Shown: positions 32,700-43,242, counted from the stretch's first letter. The stretch is 49,886 bases of DNA from an uncultured bacterium (GCA_964431685.1 CAYSLA010000004.1:2458-52343), one strand, 5' to 3'. Notes: generated from the sequence alone by a model not told the origin. Translations and numbers: made by a program.

Positions 32700-33785
32700 T
32701 CACACATCTCCTGAAGCAGACTGCCTGGCACGAGATCGAGCCTTCATTAGACGCTGCATACGCGGTCGCGCGAACTCCCACATCCAGTGCCAGAACGGCG
32801 AGATAATCATGTCATACTCGCCGATATATTCAACGAATCTGGGCGAGAAACCTTCTTTGAATCTGTTGAGACCTTGCAGGTGATCATCAGGGTCTGCTTG
32901 CCTGCGAGGGCTGACACCCCTGAAATCATACCATTTGCAGCCCGCGTCTCGAGCCCACTTGATTATTGTCCACTGCATCAGGTGGTTGGGCATCACATTC
33001 CTGTGAAGGTTCGAGGAAGCTCCGTAAGTATACATGGCCCTGTCGCCGAATCTGTAGACCAGCGCACCGGCCACAGGAGAGTCATCGTGGTAGGTCAGGA
33101 CAAGCTGCATATATCCGGCGTCCGCCAGCACATCCCACATGTTCTCGAAGTATCTGATACCGCGAACCAAGAATCCGTCTCGAGCGCAGGTTTCTTCAAG
33201 CAGAGAGTAGAAGACTGGAAGCCGGTCGCGGCTGCAGTGAAGATCAACCCGCACACCCTTGCGTTCCGCAAGCCGGATGTTGTAGCGCCACTTCGGCTTA
33301 AATGATGCGAGCAATTCCTCTTCCCCTGTGCACAGGTCAAGTTGCATAACGCACTTGGGCTGCGTTCCGCCGAATCCTCCATCGCCAACTTGTATGAAGC
33401 CGCTCTTTCGCAGGTTTTGCTCAGAGTTTGCATCTTCCACAGGAATAGGTGGATCGATCTTGACCAGGATGGCCCTCTCCTGAACAGCGATCTGCCTCAA
33501 GAATCCTGAGAAAGCCGCGACAAGCTCGCTGTCAGTGCAGTCCAGGACGGGACCTCTTGGCACGTAAATGATACTTCTGCTGGTATGAGGTATGTTGCGT
33601 TTCAGAAGTGAGGCGGCAGCAACGAGGCTGCCTTCTCTCTCCGCGTGGATTGGTATATGAGTCCAGCCGCTTTTTGCTTTCAGTTCCGCCCATTCATACG
33701 ACTGCATCAGGTCGCCTGTCGGAAAAGCCGCCAGAAAAGCGTTGAAACGTGCTCTGTCTTGGGGAGTAGATCTGTGAAGTTGCAT
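32700..33785 (-). CDS. FemABX-family aminoacyl-tRNA:lipid II transferase
   Basis: MQSYEWAELK, YVPRGPV, KWRYNIRLAERKGV, YGASS, FKEGF. Confidence 0.92.
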   Translation of the reverse strand: MQLHRSTPQDRARFNAFLAAFPTGDLMQSYEWAELKAKSGWTHIPIHAEREGSLVAAASLLKRNIPHTSRSIIYVPRGPVLDCTDSELVAAFSGFLRQIAVQERAILVKIDPPIPVEDANSEQNLRKSGFIQVGDGGFGGTQPKCVMQLDLCTGEEELLASFKPKWRYNIRLAERKGVRVDLHCSRDRLPVFYSLLEETCARDGFLVRGIRYFENMWDVLADAGYMQLVLTYHDDSPVAGALVYRFGDRAMYTYGASSNLHRNVMPNHLMQWTIIKWARDAGCKWYDFRGVSPRRQADPDDHLQGLNRFKEGFSPRFVEYIGEYDMIISPFWHWMWEFARPRMQRLMKARSRARQSASGDV

Positions 33786-33846
33786 GGTCTGGCAGATTCT
33801 AGCACCAGGTGCGCGCCGCTGTCAACGAAGACTCACCGCGCGTTTC

Positions 33847-33875
33847 TTGCATTAGGCGCATGGTCGGTATATAAT
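33847..33875 (+). promoter_or_regulatory. Sigma70 promoter upstream of prs-like gene
   Basis: TTGCAT-17-TATAAT. Confidence 0.6.
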
Positions 33876-34014
33876 AAGCACGGGAAGATACGGCGCGTAC
33901 CGCGGCGCGGTCAAGACGCTGTGGTCGTTTTGCAGTAACGGTGTGGTTAGTGCCTCCGGCTGTGAGCTGAGAGGTATTTGTGGTGTACGGTGCGAAACTG
34001 GCTAGGAGGCAGAC

Positions 34015-34959
34015 TTGGTTATCGACGGCGATCTTAAACTATTCTCAGGCACAGCCAATCCGGAGCTTGCTCAGAAGATTGCCGACTATCTCGGCATTCA
34101 ACTGGGTGCGCTGAGCATCAAGCGCTTCAGCGACGGCGAATGCTATGTAAAGTTTGAAGAGTCGGTGCGCGGTGTTGACGCCTACGTAGTTCAGCCCACT
34201 TGCCCTCCGGTTGACAAGAACATCATGGAGCTGCTTATCCTCGTTGACGCGCTGAAGCGGGCGAGTGCGCGAAGCATCAATGTCGTTATACCGTACTACG
34301 GATACGCCTGCCAGGAGAAGAAAGACGCCCCTCGCGAGCCGATCACCGCGAAGCTCGTTGCCGATATCCTCACCTCTGCCGGGGCAAAGCGTGTTGTCAC
34401 TATGGATCTCCACGCGGGCGCAATCCAGGGTTTCTTTGACATTCCGGTTGATCATCTCACAGCCATACCGACATTCAGCTCGTACTTCTCGAAGAAGGGT
34501 TTGGAGAATATGGTGTTTGTGTCGCCGGACGAAGGCAGGGCGAAACACGTGCGCCAGGTCTCAAGCAGAGTTGGCGCTCCGCTCGCGGTAGGCTACAAGT
34601 TCCACCCTGATCACCATGTCTCCAGCGTTACCCACCTGGCAGGAAACGTTGAGGGGATGACTCCGGTCATAGTTGAAGACATGATCCGGACTGGCGGCAG
34701 CATCATCGAGTGCGTTGAGACTCTGCTTCAGAACGGCTGCAAGCCGGAGATATATGTTGCTGCGACGCACGGTCTGTTCACGGGAAGCGCGTTTGACAAA
34801 CTGAGCATGCCGGAGATCAAGGAAGTTGTTGTCACTGACAGCGTGCCGCTCGCCGCGGACGCACCGGACAAGATCAGGGTTCTTTCAGTGTCTAGCCTGT
34901 TTGCCGAGGCGATCAAGAGAATCCACGAAGATCAATCCATAACCTCGCTCTTCAAGTAG
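34015..34959 (+). CDS. prs: Ribose-phosphate pyrophosphokinase-like protein (divergent motifs)
   Basis: FSDGE, ALKRASA, DLHAGAIQGFFD, ATHG; TTG start after AGGAGG. Confidence 0.85.
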   Translation: MVIDGDLKLFSGTANPELAQKIADYLGIQLGALSIKRFSDGECYVKFEESVRGVDAYVVQPTCPPVDKNIMELLILVDALKRASARSINVVIPYYGYACQEKKDAPREPITAKLVADILTSAGAKRVVTMDLHAGAIQGFFDIPVDHLTAIPTFSSYFSKKGLENMVFVSPDEGRAKHVRQVSSRVGAPLAVGYKFHPDHHVSSVTHLAGNVEGMTPVIVEDMIRTGGSIIECVETLLQNGCKPEIYVAATHGLFTGSAFDKLSMPEIKEVVVTDSVPLAADAPDKIRVLSVSSLFAEAIKRIHEDQSITSLFK

Positions 34960-34962
34960 TCC

Positions 34963-36573
34963 TTGGATATGCAAACGCCGAAGCCATCTCGAAACTGGGG
35001 CGCAGGTGTTCTTATTGCTCTTGGCCTGTTTGTCATCTACTTTGCGGGCATTGGCTCATATCCTCTGGTAGATCCGGATGAGCCGGTCTATGCCCAGATC
35101 GCCAGAGAGATGACGGTGTCCGGGCACTGGGGGACTCCCCACTATTGGGGTTCGGTGTGGTTCGACAAGCCACCAATGTACTACTGGCTCGCTGCCTCAT
35201 GCATGCGGGTTCTTGGCGTTTCAGAACTATCGGCGCGGCTACCGTCCGCTATCGCTGCCTTGGCTGTCGTTGCGCTGACGTACCTGCTGGGATTACGAGC
35301 ATTTGGGCGTCCTGCCGGTATTGCCGCCGGGCTTGTCGTGGCGACGAGCTTGCAGCAGATTGTGCTGGCTCGCAGCTCGGTTACGGATATGACGCTAACG
35401 GCATTCCTCGTTGGAAGTCTCTATTGTTTCATTAGGTGGATGCACGATGAGCGTCCTGTGTGGCTGTGGAGTGCGTCGTGCGGCGCTTGTATGGGCGCTG
35501 CCGCCCTCACCAAAGGGCCGGTTGCATTCGTGTTGCTGCCTGTGACGTTCTTGGTGTATGCGATCTGGACGAAGAGCCTGCGCGTGCTGTTCTCTCGATG
35601 GCTTGCGGTGTGCGTGATTGGCGCTTTGGCAGTTGCGGTGCCGTGGTACGCCAACATGCTCTCCATGCACAGGGAAGAATTCACCAAACAGTTTGTCCTG
35701 GCAAACAACCTGGAAAGGTTCCTGAAGCCTGAGCATAAGAGCAGCACGGGGGCGTGGTATTCGTATTCTATGAACTTCCCGGTGCTCCTTGGCTTCTTCT
35801 TCCCTTGGAGTTGTCTGCTGCCTCAGGCGATTGTGGTGGTGGGAAGAAAGAACAATTGCGCCCGGTTGTGCGTGGCATGGGCCGCAGTCGTATTCGTCTT
35901 CTTTTCTTTGTCGAAGACCCAGCTTCCTACGTACATCTTTCCGATGTATGCGGCGTGCGCTGTGCTGGTCGGCGCGTACCTGTCGGAGTGGACAAACAAC
36001 AAGGCTCTGAACAAAGGGCTGCGAGGAGGGCTGATCGCGGCGCTCGCGATGTCCGTAGGCATAGCTTATTTCTTGCTCAGAGCTGCGCAAGGAAAGTATC
36101 CGGATGCGGCTGTGATTGCCTTGGTTCTTGGGGCTGTCCTTGTGCTGACAATGGCGCTGGCGCTATTTGCATGCGGAAGCGCCAAGTGGAGATACCGGAC
36201 GCCCTGGCTGATAGCGGGCGGTATGGTAGTCTTCGCCGTCTTGATCGTTTACGGCGTAGCCCCCGTCGCGAGCGTGCAATTCAGCGGGTGAGAGATTGCC
36301 CATGCCATAAGGACGTACGCTCCGAAAGCAACCGTCTATGAATACTGTATTGAGAAGCCGAGTGTGCCATACTACTTGGGGAAGCGGGTGGTACGCACCG
36401 AAGATCCCGCATTGGTTTCTTCGTATTTGTCCGGAGCGGGTGAGGTGATAGTGGTGTCTAAGACCAAGGACACTGCGGCGATTGAAGATGCCGTGACAGT
36501 GCGGCTGGGCGCCATAGGCGATGCTGTGTTGCTTGGGAATCGAGCTGTGAAGGAGCGAGTGGAACGACGATGA
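34963..36573 (+). pseudogene. ArnT/PMT-family (GT-C) glycosyltransferase with in-frame TGA at 36289-36291
   Basis: DPDEPVYA, FDKPP, ARLPSA, LTKGP, SKTQLPTY; the frame continues after TGA (EIAHAIRTY...PSVPYYLG...) to 36573, overlapping the next ATG. Confidence 0.8.
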
Positions 36574-37343
36574 TTAACGGACTGAGCGTCGTATATCCGA
36601 TGTACAACGAATTCGAAAATATCCGCACCGCTGTCTCCGAAGCTCTGCGCGTGGGCAGGATCATCACGCCGGACGTGGAGGTCGTGGTTGTAGACGATGC
36701 CAGCACGGACGGGTCCGGCGAACTCGTCGACCAGATGGCGCTGAGGATTCCAGAGCTTGTGGTGGCTCATCATTCTGTGAACCGCAAACTTGGTGGTGCG
36801 CTCAAGACCGGATTTGGATTGGCGTCAAAGGAATGGGTCCTGTATATGGACAGCGACCTGCCGATCAAGATGGACGATGCGCTGAACGCTGTTCCGCTGT
36901 GCGAAGATTCCGACGTGGTGATCGGGTGGCGCAAGTCGCGGGCGGAGTCGTGGAAGCGCGAGCTCATGAGCAAGGTCTACAATCGTATGATTCGCGTGTT
37001 CTTCAACCTGCACGTGACAGACGTTAACTTCGCATTCAAGCTTTTCCGGCGCAGACTGCTCGATGAGATTGTTCTGACCTCCGAAGGCTCGTTCATCGAC
37101 GCCGAGTTTCTCCTGGAAGTGTCCAGGGTCGGCGCGAAGATTTCAGAGATCGGTATGGATTACTATCCCCGCGTGGCCGGTGTGTCTACGCTTGCGAGCA
37201 ACTCGGTTATATTCAAAATACTGGCGGAGATGCTCAGTTATCGAATAGAGGCGTATGGAAAAAGCAGCGAAGACTTTGGTGGTGAACGCCGACGACTTTG
37301 GCTTGACCGAGTCAATAAACACCGGGATTGTGTCGTCAGTTGA
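36570..37343 (+). CDS. GT2 polyprenyl-phosphate glycosyltransferase
   Basis: PMYNE, VVDDASTDG, YMDSD, TDVNFAFKLF. Confidence 0.9.
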   Translation: MINGLSVVYPMYNEFENIRTAVSEALRVGRIITPDVEVVVVDDASTDGSGELVDQMALRIPELVVAHHSVNRKLGGALKTGFGLASKEWVLYMDSDLPIKMDDALNAVPLCEDSDVVIGWRKSRAESWKRELMSKVYNRMIRVFFNLHVTDVNFAFKLFRRRLLDEIVLTSEGSFIDAEFLLEVSRVGAKISEIGMDYYPRVAGVSTLASNSVIFKILAEMLSYRIEAYGKSSEDFGGERRRLWLDRVNKHRDCVVS

Positions 37344-38109
37344 CCGTGGAATCGTAAGAAGCACAAGTCTCATGCCCAATGGCGCCGCGTTCGACCACGC
37401 AGCGCGTCTTGCTTCCGAGCGACCCGCGCTGGGAGTCGGCCTGCATATCTCGCTGGTAGGCGAACCACCGCTATCCGACCCGACGCTTTGTTTTCCCTTG
37501 ATGTATGGTGACAGCCTGCCCGCTTCCTATACGAGCTTCATTCGGCACCTTCTGTCGAGACGTGGTGCGGTGGCTGCAGCGAAGGTCGAAATCGAGAAGC
37601 AGTTCGAGTGCGCAATGGCCTCCGGCCTGCGCTTTACCCACGTGGACTCTCACCAGCATTTGCATGTGCTTCCCGGCATTATGGAGCATGTGCTCAAACT
37701 CGCCAGTGAAACAGACGTAGGAGTGGTTCGCTGTCCACTGGAGATCGGTGGACCCGGACCGGGGATTCTGACCCCAAGGGGCATTCAGATCGCGATTCTT
37801 AGCTTGCTCAGCCGGAGAGCGCGCAAGCTGATTCTGGACTCCGGGCTGCGCACGAGCGACCACTTCTGGGGCCTGGGCGTTTCCGGCAATCTCAACGCTG
37901 TACACCTCTCGCGAATACTGGACCGGCTTCGCCCCGGCGTAAATGAGTTGATGTGCCATCCGGGGTTCGCCGACGAGGTGACTAAGGCACGTTACGGATG
38001 GGGTTACAAATGGGAAGACGAAACAAGCGCCCTAACCGACACCTCTATCATGGCCAAGCTATCTGAGTCCGGCGTTCAGTTGGCGTCTTTCGCGGACGCA
38101 CTTGACTAG
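37255..38109 (+). CDS. YdjC/ChbG/HpnK-family carbohydrate deacetylase (NaxD-like)
   Basis: VNADDFG, GVGLH, THVDSHQHLH, ELMCHPG. Confidence 0.9.
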   Translation: MEKAAKTLVVNADDFGLTESINTGIVSSVDRGIVRSTSLMPNGAAFDHAARLASERPALGVGLHISLVGEPPLSDPTLCFPLMYGDSLPASYTSFIRHLLSRRGAVAAAKVEIEKQFECAMASGLRFTHVDSHQHLHVLPGIMEHVLKLASETDVGVVRCPLEIGGPGPGILTPRGIQIAILSLLSRRARKLILDSGLRTSDHFWGLGVSGNLNAVHLSRILDRLRPGVNELMCHPGFADEVTKARYGWGYKWEDETSALTDTSIMAKLSESGVQLASFADALD

Positions 38110-38113
38110 ATAG

Positions 38114-38186
38114 CACGTCATGCCGAACTTGATTCAGCACCTACCCGGCGAAGGGACGGGCCCTGAAACCAGTTCAGGGTGACGTG
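38114..38186. repeat. GTCA...TGAC palindromic element, copy 4
   Basis: cacgtcatgccgaacttgattcagcacc...gggccctgaaaccagttcagggtgacgtg. Confidence 0.8.
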
Positions 38187-38214
38187 TAGACGTGTTCAGC
38201 GAACTCCTACAGGC

Positions 38215-38589
38215 TCAGTAAGCCTCGGTTAGCTTCTCACCGATGACGGTCTCCACGCCATTCCCGTCCACCTGCCGGAAGAAGCACGATCGGTAGCCTT
38301 CGTGACACGCGGCGCCGGTCTGCTCCACCTTGACCACCAGGCAATCCTTGTCGCAGTCCACAAACACAGCTTCTACCTTCTGGATATTTCCGGAAGTCTC
38401 GCCCTTTATCCAGAACTTCTGGCGCGAACGGCTCCAGAAGCAGGCCCTGCCTGATGTGAGCGTCTTCTCCACCGCGTCGCGGTTCATGTACGCGACCATC
38501 AGCACGTCCCCATTCTCGTTATCGACGACGACCGCAGGTACAAGACCATCGCTGTCGTATTTCAGACTATCCAGAAACTGACTAATCAA
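38215..38589 (-). CDS. hisI: Phosphoribosyl-AMP cyclohydrolase
   Basis: [32 protein letters not shown]. Confidence 0.96.
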   Translation of the reverse strand: MISQFLDSLKYDSDGLVPAVVVDNENGDVLMVAYMNRDAVEKTLTSGRACFWSRSRQKFWIKGETSGNIQKVEAVFVDCDKDCLVVKVEQTGAACHEGYRSCFFRQVDGNGVETVIGEKLTEAY

Positions 38590-39358
38590 GCTGAGTTCTC
38601 CTGACCACGACGCCTTTGCAGGCGAGGTATTCCTTTATCTGCGAAACGGTAAACTCCCCGTAGTGTACGATTGATGCGATAAGAGCGGCGTCGGCCATAC
38701 CTTCCGTCAGCGCCTCGTATATGTGCTCCAGGGTGCCTGCGCCGCCGGAGGCTATGACAGGTATGCCGAGGGCCTCGGAGACCGCTCGGGTGAGAGCGAT
38801 GTCGTATCCGGCTCTGGTGCCGTCGGTGTCCATACTGGTCAGCAGGATCTCACCGGCGCCCAGATCCTGTCCCAGTTTTGCCCATTCGATCGCATCAATG
38901 CCGGTGGGTCTGCGGCCACCGTGGGTGTAGACTTCCCACTTGCCGGGTTTGCCTTCGACCTGTTTTGCGTCAATGGCCAGCACCACACACTGACTGCCGA
39001 ACATTTCGGCAGCTTCAGAGATGAGCGGCGGGTTAAGAACCGCGGCTGTGTTGACGCTGCACTTGTCAGCTCCGGTCTTCAGTATCTCCCGGAAGTCGGA
39101 CGTCGCCCGGATGCCGCCGCCGACCGTGAACGGAATGAACACCTTCTCTGCTGTTCGGCTGGCGACGTCGACAATGGTGTTGCGTTCTTCGTGGCTTGCC
39201 GTAATATCCAGGAATGTTACTTCATCCGCGCCCTGCCGATCGTACATCGCGGCTAGTTCAACAGGGTCACCGGCGTCGCGCAGGTCAAGGAAGTTCGTGC
39301 CTTTGACCACACGGCCGTTCTTCACATCCAGACACGGGATTATTCTCTTTGCTAGCAT
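38582..39358 (-). CDS. hisF: Imidazole glycerol phosphate synthase cyclase subunit
   Basis: [38 protein letters not shown]. Confidence 0.97.
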   Translation of the reverse strand: MLAKRIIPCLDVKNGRVVKGTNFLDLRDAGDPVELAAMYDRQGADEVTFLDITASHEERNTIVDVASRTAEKVFIPFTVGGGIRATSDFREILKTGADKCSVNTAAVLNPPLISEAAEMFGSQCVVLAIDAKQVEGKPGKWEVYTHGGRRPTGIDAIEWAKLGQDLGAGEILLTSMDTDGTRAGYDIALTRAVSEALGIPVIASGGAGTLEHIYEALTEGMADAALIASIVHYGEFTVSQIKEYLACKGVVVRRTQLD

Positions 39359-39468
39359 AACCTGCACATTATACCAGTCACCCGGCGGCACGTTCAAGGC
39401 TGCAGAAGGACTTGCCGCTGTTGCCGTGTAACCATGCATGCGAGAACGTGCTTTTGGAGGAGGCTGAC

Positions 39469-40554
39469 ATGGCGTTTCTGTATGGCAAGAATATGACGAA
39501 GCAGGAGATACTGGATCGATGTGGAGATGTCTCACAGTTTGGTGGGACACGGTTGATGAGATTCAGTGACGGACATGAAGACGGTGTGCAGGTGGTGGAG
39601 TTTCGCACCGGTTCCGGACTTCTTTTCCACGTGGTGCCTGGCCGTGGAATGGACATCACCGTCGCCGAGCACAACGGGCGCGCAATGGGCTGGAGGTCGG
39701 GATCGACAGAAGCGGCTTCGGCATTTCACGATCCGGTTGGTCTCGGCTGGCTTCGGACATTCCCAGGTGGTTTGGTGACAACCTGCGGGTTGACCTACGC
39801 GGGGGCGCCCTGTGAGGACGATGGAGAGTCACTGGGACTTCACGGACGTGTATCCCACACCCCTGCGACAAATCTATACGTTGATGGCGCGTGGCAGGGC
39901 GACGACTATGTTATGTGGGCTTCGGGGAAGATGCGGGAAACACGGCTGTTTGGCGAAAACATTCTTCTGGAACGCAAAATCAGCGCAGTGCTGGGCCAGA
40001 ACTCGTTCACCATCGAAGATACGGTCACCAACGAATCTTCGAAGCGCACGCCCCACATGATCCTCTACCACATCAACGGTGGATACCCTTGCGTGGACGC
40101 CGGGTCCAAGCTCGTGTCGCCGACCGTCGAGGCTGTGCCGAGAGACGATGTTGCTCAGACTGACAAGGAGCACTACTACCGCAACGACCCTCCGACAGTC
40201 GGGTACAACGAGCGCTGCTACTATCACGACATGGCAACCGACCAGGCCGGCAACACATTCGCGGCTCTTATCAACCGCAATCTCCCCGGCGGCCAGGCAT
40301 TCGGCTTCTATGTGAAGTACAACAAGAAGGAACTACCGTTCTTCACGCAGTGGAAGATGAACGGCGCGAGGGAGTATGTGGTAGGAATGGAACCTGCAAA
40401 CTGCCACGTAGAGGGACGCGGCAGTGAACGAGCTCGCGGAACCCTGCAGTTCCTCAAGCCAGGTGAGACCAGAACCTACCGCCTCGAACTGGGAGTACTC
40501 GACGGCTTGGATGAGGTCAATGGGTTCGAGAAGCAGGTCGAAGCGCTCAAGTAG
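39469..40554 (+). CDS. Aldose 1-epimerase-like (DUF4432) protein
   Basis: [29 protein letters not shown]; GGAGG RBS. Confidence 0.85.
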   Translation: MAFLYGKNMTKQEILDRCGDVSQFGGTRLMRFSDGHEDGVQVVEFRTGSGLLFHVVPGRGMDITVAEHNGRAMGWRSGSTEAASAFHDPVGLGWLRTFPGGLVTTCGLTYAGAPCEDDGESLGLHGRVSHTPATNLYVDGAWQGDDYVMWASGKMRETRLFGENILLERKISAVLGQNSFTIEDTVTNESSKRTPHMILYHINGGYPCVDAGSKLVSPTVEAVPRDDVAQTDKEHYYRNDPPTVGYNERCYYHDMATDQAGNTFAALINRNLPGGQAFGFYVKYNKKELPFFTQWKMNGAREYVVGMEPANCHVEGRGSERARGTLQFLKPGETRTYRLELGVLDGLDEVNGFEKQVEALK

Positions 40555-40555
40555 G

Positions 40556-40690
40556 CAGTGGACAGTGGGTAGTTGACAGTGGACAGGATGATCGGGCGCG
40601 ACTTGGAGTCGCGCCCGAAATGGAACCCCGGCCGCGGTGTGCGGTGTTTCGGGACTTGAGTGGAGCTCGGCGGAACGGAAGTCCCGAAAC
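40556..40690. repeat. Composite repeat tract: 7-mer tandem array plus two perfect 12-bp inverted repeats
   Basis: (cagtgga)-like x4 at 40556-40586; tcgggcgcgact/agtcgcgcccga at 40592-40618; gtttcgggactt/aagtcccgaaac at 40646-40690. Confidence 0.75.
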
Positions 40691-40741
40691 TTTGGCAGAG
40701 TACCGTTCAGGACGCTGCTATGCACTCAAAGGATGATTGCC

Positions 40742-41089
40742 ATGAGGAATCTGAGCCGAGTAAGAGTCGTGAGCGATCTCGAAAAGAGAATGCTGCTCGA
40801 TCTCAAGGATATCGTAACTAAGCGTGACCCGCAAGCGGAGCTTGTGCTATATGGCTCTGCGGCACGTGGCCAGCGGCAGCCAGACTCCGATTATGACGTG
40901 GTGGTAATAACCGACCAGAAGCTATCGTCGCAAGAAGAGCGTGAGCTGCACCGCGATGTTTGTGGCCTGCAGTTGGAACGCGGTGTCGTGTTGTCAGTGA
41001 TGGTCTATGCAAGAGAACAATGGCACAATCCGGTCTTTCAGACGTCACCGTATCCGAAAACGGTTATGAAAGAGGGGATTGTGCTGTGA
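40742..41089 (+). CDS. Minimal nucleotidyltransferase (MNT antitoxin-like)
   Basis: LYGSAARG...DSDYDVVV; ends KEGIVL. Confidence 0.85.
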   Translation: MRNLSRVRVVSDLEKRMLLDLKDIVTKRDPQAELVLYGSAARGQRQPDSDYDVVVITDQKLSSQEERELHRDVCGLQLERGVVLSVMVYAREQWHNPVFQTSPYPKTVMKEGIVL

Positions 41090-41109
41090 CGGACGAAGAT
41101 AGCATATAA
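41086..41109 (+). pseudogene. Possible stub of the cognate HEPN gene (MTDEDSI*)
   Basis: GTGA overlap with the MNT stop and GAGGGG RBS; terminates after 7 codons. Confidence 0.35.
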
Positions 41110-41242
41110 ATGGTCTGTAGTAGGAAAGCATGATATAATGAGGCCAGAGGCCCCCACACCTTCGGGATTTGCTTTGGCATTAGTTGGCGTTTTGCACATC
41201 CTGAAGAACACTAAATCCGAAAAGGGGCAAAAAGGAGAAACG

Positions 41243-42274
41243 ATGAGAAAGTTGTTATGTGCAGTTCTTGTGGTCGTAGTGCTGTTTGCGGCAAGCATTA
41301 GTGCAGAGGCAGTAGAGTATCGCATGGTCCGCCTGGGTCTAGTTGCGGGTGCCTCGGTCGGAGTAGCTAACGCAATCAATGATGCGGGTACGATTGTGGG
41401 CATGACTGAGGTGAGCGGCGCCAGAGCAGCGGTTTGGCGAAATGGGTTGTGCGAGTTGATTGGCGGGATTAGCGGAGAAGCGAGCGGCATCAACGCCAGT
41501 GGCGCAATCATAGGAATCAACCGCGTCGGTCCCGGATATGGCTTCTTGTATTCAGGGTACATCATGCGTGACCTTGGAAGCATGAGTGCGCCCTTCGGTA
41601 TCAATGATGCAGGGTGGGTGACAGGCCGCAAGTCGAGAGACGGCGCGGGCTCTGCTGCGTGCGCGTGGACTCCAGATGGCACATTTATAGACATGAATGG
41701 CAATGGAGCAGAAGTGTTTGATGTCAATAACAGCCTGCAGTTTGTCGGACATTCCAACCCTTGGAGCCCAGCTACGCTTTGGACCATAGACCCTTTGACT
41801 TTGTCGGTTCGACTAGAATACTATCAGAATCTTCCCGGATGCATTTCAGGCATCGCGTATGCGATCAACGATAGTGGAGTCGCCGCAGGGCGTTCCGGGA
41901 CGCGCCCTGTGATATGGGATTCGCTAGATGCTGCACCCATCGACCTTTTGTTCGGATACCCTAGTACTTTTAGTGGAAGTGCTTGGGGAATTAATGCCTC
42001 CGGCCAGGTCGTTGGACACGTGGTTAGTAACTTAGGCACTGCACAGAAGACAAGTGCATTCGTTTGGGACCGTGTCCACGGTTTGTCACTTCTACCTGAC
42101 ATTGGAGGTGAGGGACGAGCCTACGGAATCAACAACTACGGCCAAATAGTAGGGCAGGCGTCTGGCGATTCATTGTTTCCGGTGCTGTGGGAGCCCGTAC
42201 CGGAGCCATCATCGCTCATTGCATTGACCGGCGGTATTGGATCGCTTTTCGCTCTCTTGCGTCGCAGGGCCTAG
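41243..42274 (+). CDS. PEP-CTERM surface protein with HAF-like extracellular repeats
   Basis: Signal peptide; repeated AxxINxxGxxVG; VPEPSS-TM-RRRA; AAGGAG RBS. Confidence 0.9.
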   Translation: MRKLLCAVLVVVVLFAASISAEAVEYRMVRLGLVAGASVGVANAINDAGTIVGMTEVSGARAAVWRNGLCELIGGISGEASGINASGAIIGINRVGPGYGFLYSGYIMRDLGSMSAPFGINDAGWVTGRKSRDGAGSAACAWTPDGTFIDMNGNGAEVFDVNNSLQFVGHSNPWSPATLWTIDPLTLSVRLEYYQNLPGCISGIAYAINDSGVAAGRSGTRPVIWDSLDAAPIDLLFGYPSTFSGSAWGINASGQVVGHVVSNLGTAQKTSAFVWDRVHGLSLLPDIGGEGRAYGINNYGQIVGQASGDSLFPVLWEPVPEPSSLIALTGGIGSLFALLRRRA

Positions 42275-43051
42275 ACAAAGATCCGCAGAAGGTCTTTAGT
42301 GTTTGCGATCGTAAACATGTCTGCTCGATCTGCAACGGAGGTAGTTGGGCGTTGCAGGTTATCAGACGAACAGGCGATATCGATTGACAGTGAGCTTGCA
42401 CAGGTTGATCTGCATCCAGGCTTCACAAATGGGTTAGAGGGCGAACGCACTTTCAATCTTCGGGTCTTCCGGGAGGTGCGCAGCAACCCCGAAATTGCGG
42501 CCCAAGTCAGTACTAACACCGAGTATGGCCGTTGGCAACGAAGTCTCATCTGGGCGTATCTGAAGACAGTTGGCAGGCCGATTCTCTATGCCGATGAACT
42601 CACCTACCTGCGGCTCACGCGCGAGCAGATCAAGTGGTCATCACTGCCTTACAGAGAGATGAAGCGCCAAGCCCGTCATTTTGAAGCGCAGGTGCAGGCT
42701 GTGCCACGAATTTTCGTTGCGACGCGTATTCTCATGCCAGGATACGCCAGTCCCGTTATGCGTCGTGACGATACCATTGCACGCATAAACGGCACCCGCA
42801 TATTCATTGCACTGCACCGTTACGCACAACGACACGGAACCTACCCGGCCTCCCTCTCCGTGTTGGCTTCCGGCCTCAAATGGACTGCTCCACTCGATCC
42901 GTTCAGCGGAGGGCCGTTCAAATACAAGCGCACGGACAAAGGCTTCCTCCTCTACAGCATCGGCTCGAACCTGAAAGATGACGGCGGCGTGGAGAAGACA
43001 AAGGAACCTGGCAAGACTGATGACGGTGACATAGTCTGGCGGGGAGTCTAA
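42275..43051 (+). pseudogene. Probably 5'-truncated gene with pseudopilin(GspG)-like C-terminal motif
   Basis: No RBS or signal peptide; frame opens right after the PEP-CTERM stop; ALHRY...YPASL...DPFSGGPFKY...LLYSIG..LKDDGG. Confidence 0.55.
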
Positions 43052-43242
43052 CCAAGAATAGCCGTGAGGCAGATATGGGGAGCCACGCTTCCCGTGACAG
43101 TCAGGTCGCACGTGGTCAGACAGGTTAAATGGCGGCGCGCTGAGTTTGTCCCACGAGTGGGGAATTTGGTATAATATTGAGATAATCACGAGCGAGTCTC
43201 CATTTGCAGAGATAATAGAATATCGAAGAAGGTGAGTTTTCG

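Noticed and set aside
40556-40586. CRISPR-like array
   Set aside because: Only 7-bp degenerate tandem units, no spacers, no cas genes
43080-43120. Group II intron domain V-like hairpin (gagccacg...cgcacgtggtc)
   Set aside because: Stem geometry and GNRA loop do not fit; no RT or other intron domains
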